From: Chrysomallon squamiferum
Lineage: Eukaryota; Animalia; Mollusca
DNA: 64,000 nucleotides
Direction: 5' to 3'
Assembly (NCBI GenBank): GCA_012295275.1
Contig: CM022672.1
Coordinates: forward strand, 22,692,001 to 22,756,000
This document shows, in pieces, positions 24,069-38,740 of this stretch. The notes beneath the pieces were generated by a model, which did not search any database, had not been told where the DNA came from, and saw only the letters and a list, made by a program, of their open reading frames with translations. Both the position numbers and the translations under genes were made by a program. Position 1 is the stretch's first letter; each line of letters starts with the position of its first letter.

Positions 24069-26954
24069 GTTCACAGTACATCTATGTAGAGTTAAGAAAT
24101 AATTTATTTATTTTGGATTATTTCTGTTTTTCAGTATGATAGTCCACGCTAGAGAATTATACCATCAAGTGGTCGTATAAAATAGCTTGACAACATCATT
24201 AAAACTGGTAAACAAACTCGAAATAGTTTTTTATTTTTTATTATATCTGTGTCACAGAATATACTTTCCTATCTTTTTATACAGATAAAATATTAATAAT
24301 ACTGAAGCAGATATGGAAACTGTAAACTATTTAATAAGTTCAAAAGTTCTAAAAAGTGACTCATGATATATAGTAGTTTTCATACCTTTCTATGTTGTAT
24401 GTTAATATAACTTAAATGGTAATTGTTTTAATTTTGTCTTAGTTATGTTTAAAACTATTCTAATAGAGACAGATATGTTTATATTATTAATTTTAATGTT
24501 AGATGGATCAACCCAATATTATGCTGTTTATTATCTTCATGTGATCACTGATAGAGAAATACACTTAGGCAGCATGATGGGCATATTTTAATTATAGGAA
24601 CTTCCACATTGCCAAATTTATTTTATTTTTATTTTTGCAGGTGAAGAAAATTTGTTCACCAGAAAGTAGAGAAAACCAGCTTACATAGCTCTCATTTTAT
24701 TTTTTTTATTATTTTTTTTTTTATTTACAGTAATGAACTTTGCAAAAATATCTAAATAGTTCAAAAGTTTCAAATTAAATGCTTTTTTTATTTTTTTTAT
24801 TTGGTTGACATTATAATAATTATGTTAAAATACGTTTACTGTAAAAACATTTCATCAGTGTCCTATATTTACTTTGCCATATAAAATCAAGTGAATATCG
24901 TTTGCAGTGAAAATGGGGCTCAAAGATAAAGGTATTATATTTGTTTTTTTTTTACAGTTAATATTTGACTCAGTCATATTAAATAATCAATAATGGCTCA
25001 ATCTTCATGTGATCACTGACCTAGAAATACACTTAGGCAGCATGATGGGCATATTTTAATTATAGGAACTTCCACATTGCCAAATTTATTTTATTTTTAT
25101 TTTTGCAGGTGAAGAAAATTTGTTTGAACTTCACCAGAAAGTAGAGAAAGCCAGAATACATAGCAGTCATTTTATGTATGAAGATTTTTTTTGTTTTATT
25201 TACAGTAATGAACTTTGCAAAAATATCGAAATAATTCAAACGTTTCAAATTAAATGCTTCATTTTTTAATTTTATTTGCCTGACATTATAATAATTATGT
25301 TAAAATACGTTTACTGTGTTTAGCTGATTAAGAAGATAAAACCAAATCTGAGTTAAACAATGTTTTGCTTTTTAAGTCTTACTGTAATGAGATGAAGGAA
25401 AGTTTAAACAAGGTTTATCACAGCCATTATCAACTCACTATTTTTATAAGTAGTATGAAATTCTAGTATTAATAACAACAAAATTACTGTTTAAACTGCT
25501 ATTAGCTGCCTTCAGGTCATTCTCTGATGATTTTGTAATTGTGTGAAAATCAAATGATGTGTGTTTTTATTACTTATCACAACACATACTACAATAACTA
25601 TACATTATAATTCAGTATAATAATTTCAATGTTAAAGTTAGAGATATAGAAAGCAACTTTTAAATGAATATAGAATTACATTTGTTTAATAATAAACGCT
25701 GTATTACTTCTGTTTTCAGTACATTTTAAATTCTATCATTTAAGTTGAATTGCAAATAATATTTTAAAAATTCAAAACTGAAAGCACTGACCATTTCAGA
25801 ATTAAGTTGGTACCATTTATACTAATGAATTTCATTTATATATAATACCTGTTTAGTTTAAATTTCTAGTACTGCATGGTGAGTAAGAGACGTGCTCAGA
25901 TGTGTTGAAATTCTTTTTCTCTTTGCCACAATCTTTCTTGTCACAGTATTCAATTAGTTTTCAGTTTAGTAATTCATTGTACACACTCAGATTGTGAAGA
26001 GATGAGCTAACACTTTGGTCACAGAAGATGCTGGACCGGTCATTTCGTATTCAGATTATTAGCATCTCTTTTTTCATTAATTTGTTTTTTTAATACAAAT
26101 GGAACAAAAACATCATGAAAAGTTATAAAATATTCATTAAGTAAATTATATTTTCCAAGAATTTTCTCTCACATTCATTTGTGGAAAGCATGTCCTTTTT
26201 TTTTTTCCAAATTTATATATCGTTATTAATTTATTTATTTTTACATTCTTATAATAATTCATACTACAGTAAAATGAAAGAGTTTGTTATTAGATTATAT
26301 ATGGGCATTTTTAAATACCACTAAATTATATTGCTCTTTTAATGTCTGATATTTATGTTTACCAGATGAAATCAACTGTATCACATGCAGTCTGAAGATG
26401 GTGATTTTCAAAATGGTGCTCATTGGTAAATGGGCATATTTATATTTGACGTAGTCATTTTAATATTTCACTTAGTAATATTAAATAATCAAAAATAACT
26501 AAACTAAAAGAAAATCTTGATATTATCACTGAGTCTGTCTCCCAAATCTGTTATTATCAGTTTTGTAGCTAATTATTTCGTTGCAAAGATATCAATTGTG
26601 ATTGGATCAGTTGATGAAATAGAAATTTTTAAGAAAAAAACCCCTAGTGATTTAGTATCGAAATATTCATGTTTAATGGTGTGTATTTTAATGAGTGGAT
26701 GGGTAGGTGGGTGTATACATACATACAGGCACACATACCCACAATTGTGTTATATATCTATATATATTCATTGTTGTCATTGGTGGTTATTTTAATAAAT
26801 GTATACTAGTAAGTAGCTGTAAACAGTAATGCATGTAGATATATGTATGGATTGTTTGTTTTAACATGATAAACACACACACCAGTAATAATATACACAT
26901 ACAAAAAATTCCCCTTAAATAAATTAAACCAGTGGTTTAAAAAATAAATAAATA

Positions 26955-27021
<67 letters not shown>

Positions 27022-27698
27022 TTATAATAAATAAATAAATATAAACAACAACAAAAACAAAAAACAATTAATTATATCGATATTCATAATCAAGAAGTTA
27101 GCTGGGACATGATACATCACATTATCAGTCATATCCAACAGATTCCTGGATTATTTCACATAAAAGTCAGTTTGAAAAATATATATAAAATTTAAATACA
27201 ACTTTATCTAGATAGATTTCCTGTAGCAGTTATTTACGCCGATATGGATTAAAAAATTAATCACAGATTTAATATAACAGATACAAAGAAACACACACAC
27301 ATATGCATTAAACACATGCATACCTATATAAATACACACATACACACACATACACATATACACACACATTATACACTTACATACTTATATCTATTTATAT
27401 ACAAAAACAGATACATACTACTACTAATTGTCATTATTATTATTATTAAAGAAGACGGGGGAAAAAATAAGAAAGAAACCAATAAAATCTAAATTTTATA
27501 AAAGTTATATATAAAATTGAGACACATAAACATAAACCTGGCTCCTTTTTCATTTTATTTATTTATTATTATAATTCTTTTTCTTACTGTTCTCAACATG
27601 AATGTAATAGTAAATGTAAAACAGAAATAAAAGTATTTTACAAAAATCGATATATCATTAAAAAAAATTGTAAATAAAGAAACAAACAAAAATAAATA

Positions 27699-27774
<76 letters not shown>

Positions 27775-29305
27775 GAACAACAAAATAAAACCTAAATAAA
27801 ATAATAATAAAAAAAGAAATAAAACAAAACAAAATAACAACAAGAGCACACACACAAACAAATCACTTCAGCCAATGATCCTGGCTCATTTGTATAACAC
27901 TACTTCCAACTTCAACCTACCTCTCTCTCTCTCTTCTTCTCCTTTCCCTGGCAGAGTCTGAGACTGGGTCCGAGACAGGCATGCCTGAACCTATATTTGG
28001 TGGACATGAGCATGTTAATAGAGTTCACATACACATTGCACTCTGGCTCTTGACATTGCAGGAACTTAAACAATTGTTAGTGAAGATAGGCTTTTTTTAT
28101 AGTTGGTTAACAGTGGTTTCACATATGTGCTACAGATTAGCTAAGATCAGCAATTAATTCAGGTTTATTGCTTTCATTTTAATTTGTCTACTAAAAAAGG
28201 ATAATTAAGATATTATATATTTAAAATGAGACAATAATTATATTTTACTTGTGGATTTTTATTTATTTTTAATATGATAGTGCATAACTTTAAGTAACAG
28301 TGGTTACAGTTTATAATAATTAATGCAATCTGTATTAGTCTTTACAAAATATATTTAAAAATAAACATGATTGATACACAGAGTATTTTTCAAGCTGATA
28401 CATATTCATTATTTCTATTCAGGCGGCAACACTGGTTGTGTGGGTTAAGTACTACTGACATCATACTTACAGTATTGCATGTTTTATATTTATCTGTAAT
28501 TGGCAGTTTAGATGACGCTGGACAGGTCATTTCGTATTCAGATTATTAGCATCTCTTTTTTCATTAATTTGTTTTTTTAATACAAATGGAACAAAAACAT
28601 CATGAAAAGTTATAAAATATTCATTAAGTAAATTATCTTTTCCAAGAATTTTTGTTACATTTCAAATTCTTTATAACATTCATAATTTATTTATTAGTGA
28701 ATAGACTATTACAGGTATATATAATATATATACAGGGCTCAAAAAGTTAAAGATCATGGACGTTTGGTATTTTTGGCCCTTTTTAAAAAGCTATTTTCTC
28801 TCACATTCATTTGTGGAAGGCATGTCCTTTGTTTTAAACTTTGTTTTTTCCAAATTTTTATATCGTTATTAATTTATTTATTTTTACATTTTTATAATAA
28901 TTCATACTACAGTAAAATGAAAGAGTTTGTTATTAGATTATATATGGCCATTTTTAAATACCACTAAATTATATAGCTCTTTTAATGTCTGATATTTATG
29001 TTTACCAGATGAAATCAACTGTATCGCCTGCAGTCTGAAGATGGTGATTTTCAAAATGGTGCTCATTGGCAAATGGGCCTGTTTACATTTGACTTAGTCA
29101 TTTTAATATTTCACTTAGTAATATTAAATAATCAAAAATAACTAAATCAAAAGAAAATCTTTATATTATCGATGAGTCTGTCTCACAAATCTGTTGTTAT
29201 CAGTTTTTGTAGCTAATTATTTCATTGCAAAGATATCACTTGTGATTGGATCAGTTGATGGAATAGAAATTTAAAAAAAAAAAAAAACCTAATCATTTAA
29301 TATCG

Positions 29306-29339
<34 letters not shown>

Positions 29340-29611
29340 CATACAGACACATACCCGTAATTGTGTTATATATCTATATATATTCATTGTCGTGATTGGA
29401 GGTTATTTTAATAAATGTATACTAGTAAGTAACTGTAAACAGTAATGCATGTAGATACATGTATGGATTGTTTCTTTTAACAACATGATAAACACAAACA
29501 CACACAGACACACCCAGACATACACCAGTAATAACAAGACATAATATACACATACAAAAAGTCCCCCTTAAATAAAATAAATAAATAATAATAATAATGA
29601 TAATAATAATC

Positions 29612-29683
<72 letters not shown>

Positions 29684-29854
29684 TTATAATAAATAAATAT
29701 AAACAACAACAAAAACAAAAACCAATTAATTATACTGATATTCTTATTCAAGAAGTTCGCTGTTGGTATTATAAAACTCCAGCGGACTGATATGCTTTGA
29801 ATAACAGCAGCTGTTTGTTGTTTGTTTTTACAAAAGAAAATTTCATTTCACACA

Positions 29855-29905
<51 letters not shown>

Positions 29906-29928
29906 CGTTATTGTATTTACATTTTATA

Positions 29929-29970
<42 letters not shown>

Positions 29971-30364
29971 CATACAAATAAACACAAACCTGGCTGCTTT
30001 TTATTTATTTTATTTATTTATTATTATAATTCTTATATGTGGTCATTTTTAAATATCACTAAATTATGTTGCTCTTTTAAAATAAATTGTTATAAACATT
30101 TCATCAGTGTCCTATATTTACGTTTGCCTTATAAAATCAAGTGAAAATCACTTGCAGTGAAAATAAAAAAATAAAAAAGGAGCCAGCTAATTATTTCGTT
30201 GCAAAGATATCACTTGTGATTGGATATCACTTCAGTTGGTGAAATAGAAATTTTTAAGAAAAAACCCCTAGTGATTTAGTATCGAAATATTCCTGTCTAA
30301 TAGAGTACGAATAAAGAATGTACAAACAATTTTCTCTATTTTAATGTATGTGTGTGTGTGTTTG

Positions 30365-30396
<32 letters not shown>

Positions 30397-30778
30397 CACA
30401 TATACGTAATTGTGTTATATATCTATATATATATTAATTGTTGTCATTGGTGGCTATTTTAGTAAATGTATACTAGTAAGTAACTAAACAGTAATGCATA
30501 TAGATACATGTATGATTGTTTGTTTTAACAACATGATAAACACACACAAACACACGCACACACCAGTAATAATAACAAGACATAATATACATATGTAAAA
30601 AATCCCCTTAAATAAAATAAATAAATAAAAACAACAACAAAAGCCAATTAATTATACTGATATTCTTATTCAAGAAGTTAGCTCTTGGTATTATAACAAC
30701 CCCAGCGGACTGATATGCTTTGAATAACAGCAACTGTTTGTAGTTTGTTTTTATGAAAGAAAATTTCATTTCACACAC

Positions 30779-30810
<32 letters not shown>

Positions 30811-31283
30811 CGTAATTTATATTTTGTACTCACACAAAGAGTTAAATATTTGTATAATTATATAAATACTTCAAAAAATTAAAATGCTCATTTCTTGACA
30901 CCATTCATGAACTTAAATATATATTATGTTTATACAGTTCTTATCTAATTTAAGTTCACAAATAACATACAAATAACATGCATATATATCACAAAGCTTA
31001 TAATATATAAACACTTATTCACTTTGTATAATACAACATCAACACTTTAACAAATACTGAGTGTACATTTGGAAAAACACTTTAAAATTTTTATGTTACT
31101 ATCAGGCGGGCTCTGGTTCATTAAAGCTGGGACATCACATTATCAGTCATATCCAGCAAATTCCTGGACTATTTCACATAAAAGTCAGTTTGAAAAATGT
31201 ATATAAAATTTAAATATGACTTTATCTAGGTAGATTTCTTGTACAATTATTTACTACGATATGATTTTAAAAATTAATAATAG

Positions 31284-31328
<45 letters not shown>

Positions 31329-31374
31329 TACATACATACACATACATGCATACATACTACTACTACTACTACTA

Positions 31375-31430
<56 letters not shown>

Positions 31431-31761
31431 AGAAGACGGGAAAAAAGAAAACAGAAATCAATAAAATCTAAATTTTATTTACATTTTATAATATATATGT
31501 ATATATATAAAATTCATACAAATAAACACAAACCTGGCTCCTTTTTTATTTTTTTTTATTTTTTTTATTTATTACTATAATTCTTTTTCTTACTGTTCTC
31601 AAAAGGAATGTAACTGTAAAAGTAGTTTAACTTATAGATTTTACAAAAATCAACAAACCATTAAAAACAAAATGTAAATAAATAGACAGACAAACAAACA
31701 AACACAATAAAAATAAATAAATACTACTACTTCTACTATTAATAATAATAATAATAATAAC

Positions 31762-31795
<34 letters not shown>

Positions 31796-32865
31796 TTAAT
31801 AATAATAATAATAAGAAGAAGAAGAAGAAGAATAAAGGAACAAAAAATAAAACCTAAATAAAATAATAATCAAATCGAAATGAAAATTTAAAAAAATAAC
31901 AACAACAAACAAATGATTATATAGTTAAATATGGCACCATATTCACACATGGCAGTGTAAATAAAAAACATGAACATTATAATATGACACACGGATACAC
32001 ACAGAGATAAACACATTCTTGTATTTGGTCATTTTTAAATATCACTATATTATGTTGCTCTTTTAAAGTAAATTGTTATAAACATTTCATCAGTGTCCTA
32101 TATTTACTTTGCCATATAAGATCAAGTGAAGATCGTTTGCAGTAAAAATGGTGCTCAAAGATAAAGGGTATTATTTTTCTTTTTTTCTTTTTTCTTTTGA
32201 CAATTAATATTTGACTCAGTTATATTAAACAATCAATAATGGCTAAATCAAAGGCAACATTCTTATATGACTAAGTCTTTCAGCTAAATTTCTTATTAGT
32301 TTTTATCATTATTCTGTAGCTTATATGACAATCTAAATATCTAAATAGCTTATATGACAATCTAAATATGTGTTTGAACTCCTTTTTATTATAAAGTGGA
32401 TTGTCTTCAGAAATACTGCAGAAACATAATATATTAAAAAGACCCATGTTTTCCAAGGTCACGATCAGGTAAATACAGAAAAATATCACACTCTGGGAAC
32501 ATGTCCTCCGCCACATGTATTATATTGTTCGTATCATATATATATATGTCGCAGTATGGAAGTCGTTTTCCTGAAGTAAAATTGTCCTCATCCTCGTCTG
32601 TCTAATCCTGCAAAACAAAACCAGTCAAAATGCGTATGATCATATTCATCAACATTCAACATTAATATTTTTAAATGTCTTTTTTATTTTGTTATGTAGA
32701 TCAATTGCCACGTAACGGAAGTAGGCGATGCGCATGCGTTTATTTATAGGTTTATTAAACGTCCTAAGCTTCTATGTTATCATAAAATTTGTCTTCTGGT
32801 TAAAAAACAAACATACTCCTCCCTCCAAAAAAAAAAAAAAACCACAACAATGAACTGATACTAAC

Positions 32866-33423
32866 CTTATTTTCTTCAAGATCCAAAACTGCTTTGAAAA
32901 GTGTTCCTGCATCTGGAAAATCAGAACCATCTTCGCTTTTCCGATTATCAATGGCCTTTTGAATGAGTTCAATAGAACAACCCTCATCCAAAACTGCCTG
33001 GATCGTTGGGCTGTAGGCGTCATTACTGCTCGAGCTGTCGGTTGTTGTTGCTGCTTGAGCCATAACGCTGTTGTCGGCTTTATCACAACTGTTTTCAACA
33101 ACAATCTTTTTAGTTTTCGAATCCATCTTTGATTTCTCAGCTTCAAACATTTTCCTTATATCATCAATTTCCATTTGGTCAGCATATTCCAAGAAGATGT
33201 TTTTCTTTTCTTCAAGTTCCAAAACTGCTTTGTAAAGTGTTACTGCATTTGGAAAATCAGAACCATCTTTTCTCTTCCGATTATCAATAGCCTTTTGAAT
33301 AAGTTCAGTAGAGTATCCCATTTCCAAAACTGCTTGAATCGCTGAGCTATAGGTGTATTTACAACTGTTGTCGGCTTTATCACAACTCTTTTCAACAACA
33401 ATCTTTTTCTTTGTCGAGTCCAT
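32866..33423 (-). CDS. BIR-less tandem-UBA IAP derivative, exon 1 (locus 4); UBA1 retains MGY
   Basis: Paralog of loci 1 and 3 with the same 558-nt coding exon. Donor at 32866/32865, acceptor at 32608/32607. Confidence 0.72.
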
Positions 33424-34842
33424 CTTCGTATTTCCAACTTGAACGATCTTCCTTATTTGATCAATGTCCAGTTTGTTAGCAAATTAACAATTCGTAGCCC
33501 AATCTTTGTGAAGCAGCTTTCTTCGTGTCGTTGGCTAGTGTTAATGGCGTCAGCTATGCTTTCATAGTAAAGATCCCTGGATATCCATGCGCAGAATTTT
33601 CTTCCGGTGTAAAAAAAATAGATCACACACTGAAGGAACACGTGGACTGTGACGGAGTTTGAATGACATTATTAGGCAACTATGTTGGTATATTTTGCGT
33701 TATCTTTGTTTAAGTCTGAAGCAGGGACAAATGGTTATCCTGTTTCTCTATGCTCTGTTTTACGTGTTGGTCAATTTGATGTAACCTAAATATGTTCCAC
33801 AGAGAGTTTTATGTATGTATACAGTGGTACCTTGACTTACCAGTTTAATTCGTTCTGTCACTGAGCTCCTAACTCAACTTTCTCTTATATCAAATCAGTT
33901 TTCCGAAATGAAGTTAATTGAAATACCATTAATCCGTTCTAGCCCTCCAAAAACCACCCGGAGACACGGGATGGATGCTGGGCGGATGCTGCGTTGTTCG
34001 TTCGTTGCGCCAACTCGCTCGTAACTCGGAAAACTCGTAGGTTGGAATTACAGTTTTTCATTTAACGCTAACTCCCACGTCCTCAACCACTAAATATGTA
34101 TACATGCGTCCAGTAAATAATTTTTCTTGTAACATAAATATTTTGTTTTGTTTTGGGGACGTAATGGATGCTTGATGCTATATATACCTATAATAGTATA
34201 TGCAAAGGTATACATGTCTGTAATAATCAACCGTCACAGTTTCTTAATTGCACAGACAGGGGACCACTAAAAACGCAATCCTAGACAGGAATCCAGCCAT
34301 TATTTACGCTGGGCCCCGTGACTGACTGGGACAAACATCGATTATATTATTACTGTTATTATACAAGCGTTGATAAATTGTACCTACTTACAACAAGAGA
34401 CACAACTATTTCACCATTTTTGTAAATATTAATTTATGGTGCAAAAAACATTTGTAACGATCAATTACAAACATAAAATAAAATAAAACAAAGAAATGAT
34501 GATGATAATAAGAATAATAATGATAGTAATAATAATAATCATCATCACCATTACTATCATAATCATAATTATAATCAAATTTAATTTTTTAGTTAAATTT
34601 TTAAAGATTGTTGTTGTTATTATTATATTTTTATTTAATTATCGCCTTATATTTTTGCAAAGACAGAACATATTCCTGTAGGAAAGCATTTCTATGGCCC
34701 GTTAATTATTAATATTTTATTTTATTTTGTTTTTATTAATTAATTAATTAATTTATTTATTATTATTATTATTTATATAAATATGTATGTATGTATGTAT
34801 TATGTATATATATATATATATGTATGTGTGTATGTATGTATA

Positions 34843-34923
<81 letters not shown>

Positions 34924-37103
34924 TTTTTTTTTTTCATTTAGTACAAAGAAAAGAAATAAAGACAGATAAAGTATCCTGGCAATTTTTACTACATTCATGA
35001 ACAACATGATGTATATTTCAGGCAGTTATATTTGAAACATGTTTTGAAAATGATAAAGAAATATTTTCTTTGTTTAGTTATCTCTCAGTGACCTAAAATT
35101 GATATATATTATCATCTTTTTTCATTATTATTATTTATTTTTTAAATTTTATTTTGTGTTTTTGCTGTGGGGATTGTTTGTTTTGTTTGTTTGGTGATTT
35201 TTTTTTTTATTTTTTTTTTTTATATGAACAAATGATTATAATGGCTTTTGAATGCTTGAAGGCAGAGATGTGAAAATCAAGGGATATCACCGATGAGATG
35301 TACACCATTTTGACTGCAACTTTCACTGGTTTAGATGACTGCTTCATTTTAACTTTTTGTCAAGTAGAAATAATAAAAAGTAAATAAATAAATTATTTAC
35401 TTCCGTTTAAATATGGTGAGTTTATTTGGAAAGCTAATTTCCAGCCATTTATTATTATATGTAGTACACTGACGACTGTATCATAGTAAATCATAGTAAA
35501 TCACCACTATTTTAAATTTTTATCAAAGTCTTATAAGTCATTTTTCAATGTAAAACACACACACACACACTTAGATCGAAAATAAAACTCCCGTGCACAA
35601 AAGCCCATTCTGAAATATTTGCAGTTGCACTTAATTTTTAGTTTTTAAATAAACTCTACATTGTTCTGCTGATTTTCTTTGTGCTTATGATTCAACTAAT
35701 GACACATTTCAAAAATTATAATCAAAGGTAGATGGTTTCATTTAAAGAGCTACAGTTATGAAAAACATATAATATATATAGAGCCTTCAAATTTTTATTG
35801 TTTTTGTTTTGGTCTCATGGATGGTTTCTGTTTTAATGAACATCAAGACCTGGATGCATTGCAACATGCTGAAGCAAAATGATTACAAGACCACAGTGAT
35901 GAATTTCACTTCTAAACATAACTCAAAGGACACTGAGACTATATCAGCTACTGTGGATGATGCCTCCTTAACTTCAGTACCATGTGTCAGAAATCTCGGT
36001 GCTATGTTTGATTTTGCAATGACTATAGAGTATCAAATGATTCCAATATGTCGATCGAGTTATGCTCAGCTACTGAAGGTCGGTAGAATCAGGCAAATTA
36101 TATATATATATATATATATTTATATTTATTTATTTTCTTTTTATAATGTATATATATCCTCATCGAAATATATTATTTGTATTGGCTCATTTTCTTCTCT
36201 CCAAGCTTTACAAATAGAAGCTATATCATCCCTTAACTGGGATGGTGACACGAAAGAGTGTCTTTTTAAATATTGCCAGTAAGGTAATTTATTTTCCGTT
36301 GGGTACCCAGACGTACTGGCATAAGCAGTAATAAAAGGCAGATTCCGCTGCCAAGTCAACTTTAGATTTTTAACATGCTGGTGTAACCAGTACTGATTTT
36401 AAGCATCATATCGGCCAGTATATCGTTTCCACTTGGCAAAATGACTGAAATGGTGCTGTCACAAACAAGTCTAATTATATTAAACCTGCCTTGGGCGATT
36501 GGCAGTCCTCTTACAAGCAGTGCAGAATGAATATGTCCCGTGTCGGTCATACACACTTAACTTATTCGTGTCTCTTAAAGAAAGATCTTCCACCTCAGAG
36601 TGAGCACTTTCAGTGTACTTTGACAGTTCAACACATTTTACTGGAATGCAGTCATTTTATTGAGACAAGAGCATATCTGATAGATACAATGTGTAAATTG
36701 TATAGATACCATTCAAATCTTTTACAGAATTTTTAAATATGTGATATTTATATTTTACCCAGCTCTTTACCCTGCTTTTTATAAACTGTTTATATTTTTA
36801 TACTGTTTTATTCCCAATAGCAAATCTGTTTTTCGTGCTGTGGTGTCATAAAACAGTCAGTATTACATTCGTTATGTGGTTGGAGTTATTCCCCTTAGAC
36901 TATAAATGAGTTTTGCTAACGTATTAGAATCAACATTTATTTATATATTTTAATATGCATAGTTTCGATTGTTATTGCATATTCCAATGCCTATTCAGTC
37001 TATATCTAGTTATAATAATAATTATTTTTCTAGGTTTCCCTGCGTTTTTTTTTTTTTTTTTTTAGGGTCATATTCATTTATTCGTACATTTTAGTTAGTT
37101 ATT

Positions 37104-37184
<81 letters not shown>

Positions 37185-37191
37185 GTTGTAG

Positions 37192-37307
37192 CTGTGTTTA
37201 TACTGATGATGATAGCCAGGCAGTGTTTGCTAAGTATAACTATGACGGTAACAGAGTTCTGGACAGAGAAGAAAGGAAAGATGCTGAAGGATCTGGAAAA
37301 ACAGATG
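37192..37307 (+). pseudogene. Polycystin-2 (PKD2/TRPP)-like EF-hand exon relic; truncated paralogs at ~23785-23835 and ~5128-5160
   Basis: Acceptor GTTGTAG| then C-(G/V)-YTD(E/D)D(I/S)QAVFAKYNYDGNRVLDREE-(2-nt deletion)-MLKDLEKQ, matching the PKD2 segment [39 protein letters not shown] (recalled). Confidence 0.7.
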
Positions 37308-37505
37308 TGTGTGACTGCTGTAGAAAAAAGTGCAGTTTCTCATAAATGAAATGAGTAAGAAATGAATTTACACAAAGTGTGTTCTGTTTCTCATTTCAAT
37401 CAATTCACTGACAGATTTTGATAAATCTTTGTAAAATTGATTTAAATATTTTTTGTTTCCTATGGTTATGGAGTCATTTCACAACTGGAAGAAAAAACTA
37501 CAACG

Positions 37506-37538
<33 letters not shown>

Positions 37539-37791
37539 GTCCACGCTAGAGAATTATACCATCAAGTGGTCGTATAAAATAGCTTGACATCATTAAAACT
37601 GGTAAACAAACTCGAATTAGTTTTTTATCTTTCATTATATCTGTGTCACAGAATATAGTTTGCTATCTTTTTATACATATAAAATATTAATAATACTGAG
37701 GCAGATATGGAAATTGTAAACAGCATGATGGGCATATTTTAATTATAGGAACTTCCACATTGCCAAATTTATTTTATTTGTATTTTTGCAG

Positions 37792-38740
37792 GTGAAGAAA
37801 ATTTGTTTGAACTTCACCAGAAAGTAAAGAAAACCAGAATACATAGCAGTCATTTTATGTATGAAGATGTTTTTTGTTTTATTTACAATAATGAACTTTG
37901 CAAAAAATATCTAAATAATTCAAACGTTTCAATTAAATGCTTCATTTTTTAACTTTTATTTGCCTGACATTATAATAATTATGTTAAAATACGTTTACTG
38001 TGTTTAGCTGATTAAGAAGATAAAACCAGATCTGAATTAAACAATGCTTTGCTTTTTAAGTCTTACTGTAATGAGATGAAGGAAAGTTTAAACAAGGTTT
38101 ATCACAGCGTTTATCAACTCACTATTTTTATAACTAGTATGAAATTCTAGTATTAATAACAACAAAATTACTGTTTAAACTGCTATTAGCTGCCTTCAGG
38201 TCATTCTCTGATGATTTTGTAATTGTGTGAAAATCAAATGATGTGTGTTTTTATTACTTACACAACACATATTACAATAACTATACATTATAAATCAGTA
38301 TAATAATTTTAATATTAAAGTTAGAGATATAGAAAGTTACTTTTAAATGAATATAGCAATCTACTTTTAAATATAGCAATCACATTTATTTAATAATAAA
38401 CAGAGTATTACTTTTGTTTTCAATGCATTTTAAATTCTGTCACAAGTTGAATTGCAAATAATATTTTAAAAATTAAAAACTGACAGCAGTGACCATTTCA
38501 GAATTAAGCTGGTACCATTTATACTAATGAATTTCATTTATATTTAATACCTGTTTAGTTTAAATTTCTAGTACTGCATGGTGAGTAAGAGACGTGCTCA
38601 GATGTGTTGAAATTCTTTTTCTCTTTTGCCACAATCTTTCTTGTCACAGTATTCAATTAGTTTTCAGTTTAGTAATTCATTGTACACACTCAGATTGTGA
38701 AGAGATGAGCTAACACTTCGGTCACAGAAGATGCTGGACA
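37792..38740 (+). pseudogene. Further degenerate exons collinear with a PKD2-like C-terminal tail, repeated in each duplication unit
   Basis: AG-flanked blocks giving GEENLFELHQKV (37792), LIKKI..SELNNVLL..EMKESLNK (~38008) and RL*RDELTL(W/R) (~38693), loosely resembling LVRRV..SKIDAVIV and RLVREELERW. Confidence 0.35.

Larger units (their letters stand above)
17976..31195. repeat. Segmental duplication unit II (with internal sub-duplications)
   Basis: AATGTATATAAAATTTAAATATGACTTTATCTAGG at 17976 recurs at 31196 and 40521. The UBA genes of units II and III are offset by 13217 bp. Confidence 0.9.

Noticed and set aside
27925-28030. Possible SINE or tRNA-derived element (also 44620-44730)
   Set aside because: No A/B boxes or cloverleaf visible; at most an unclassified retroposon tail.
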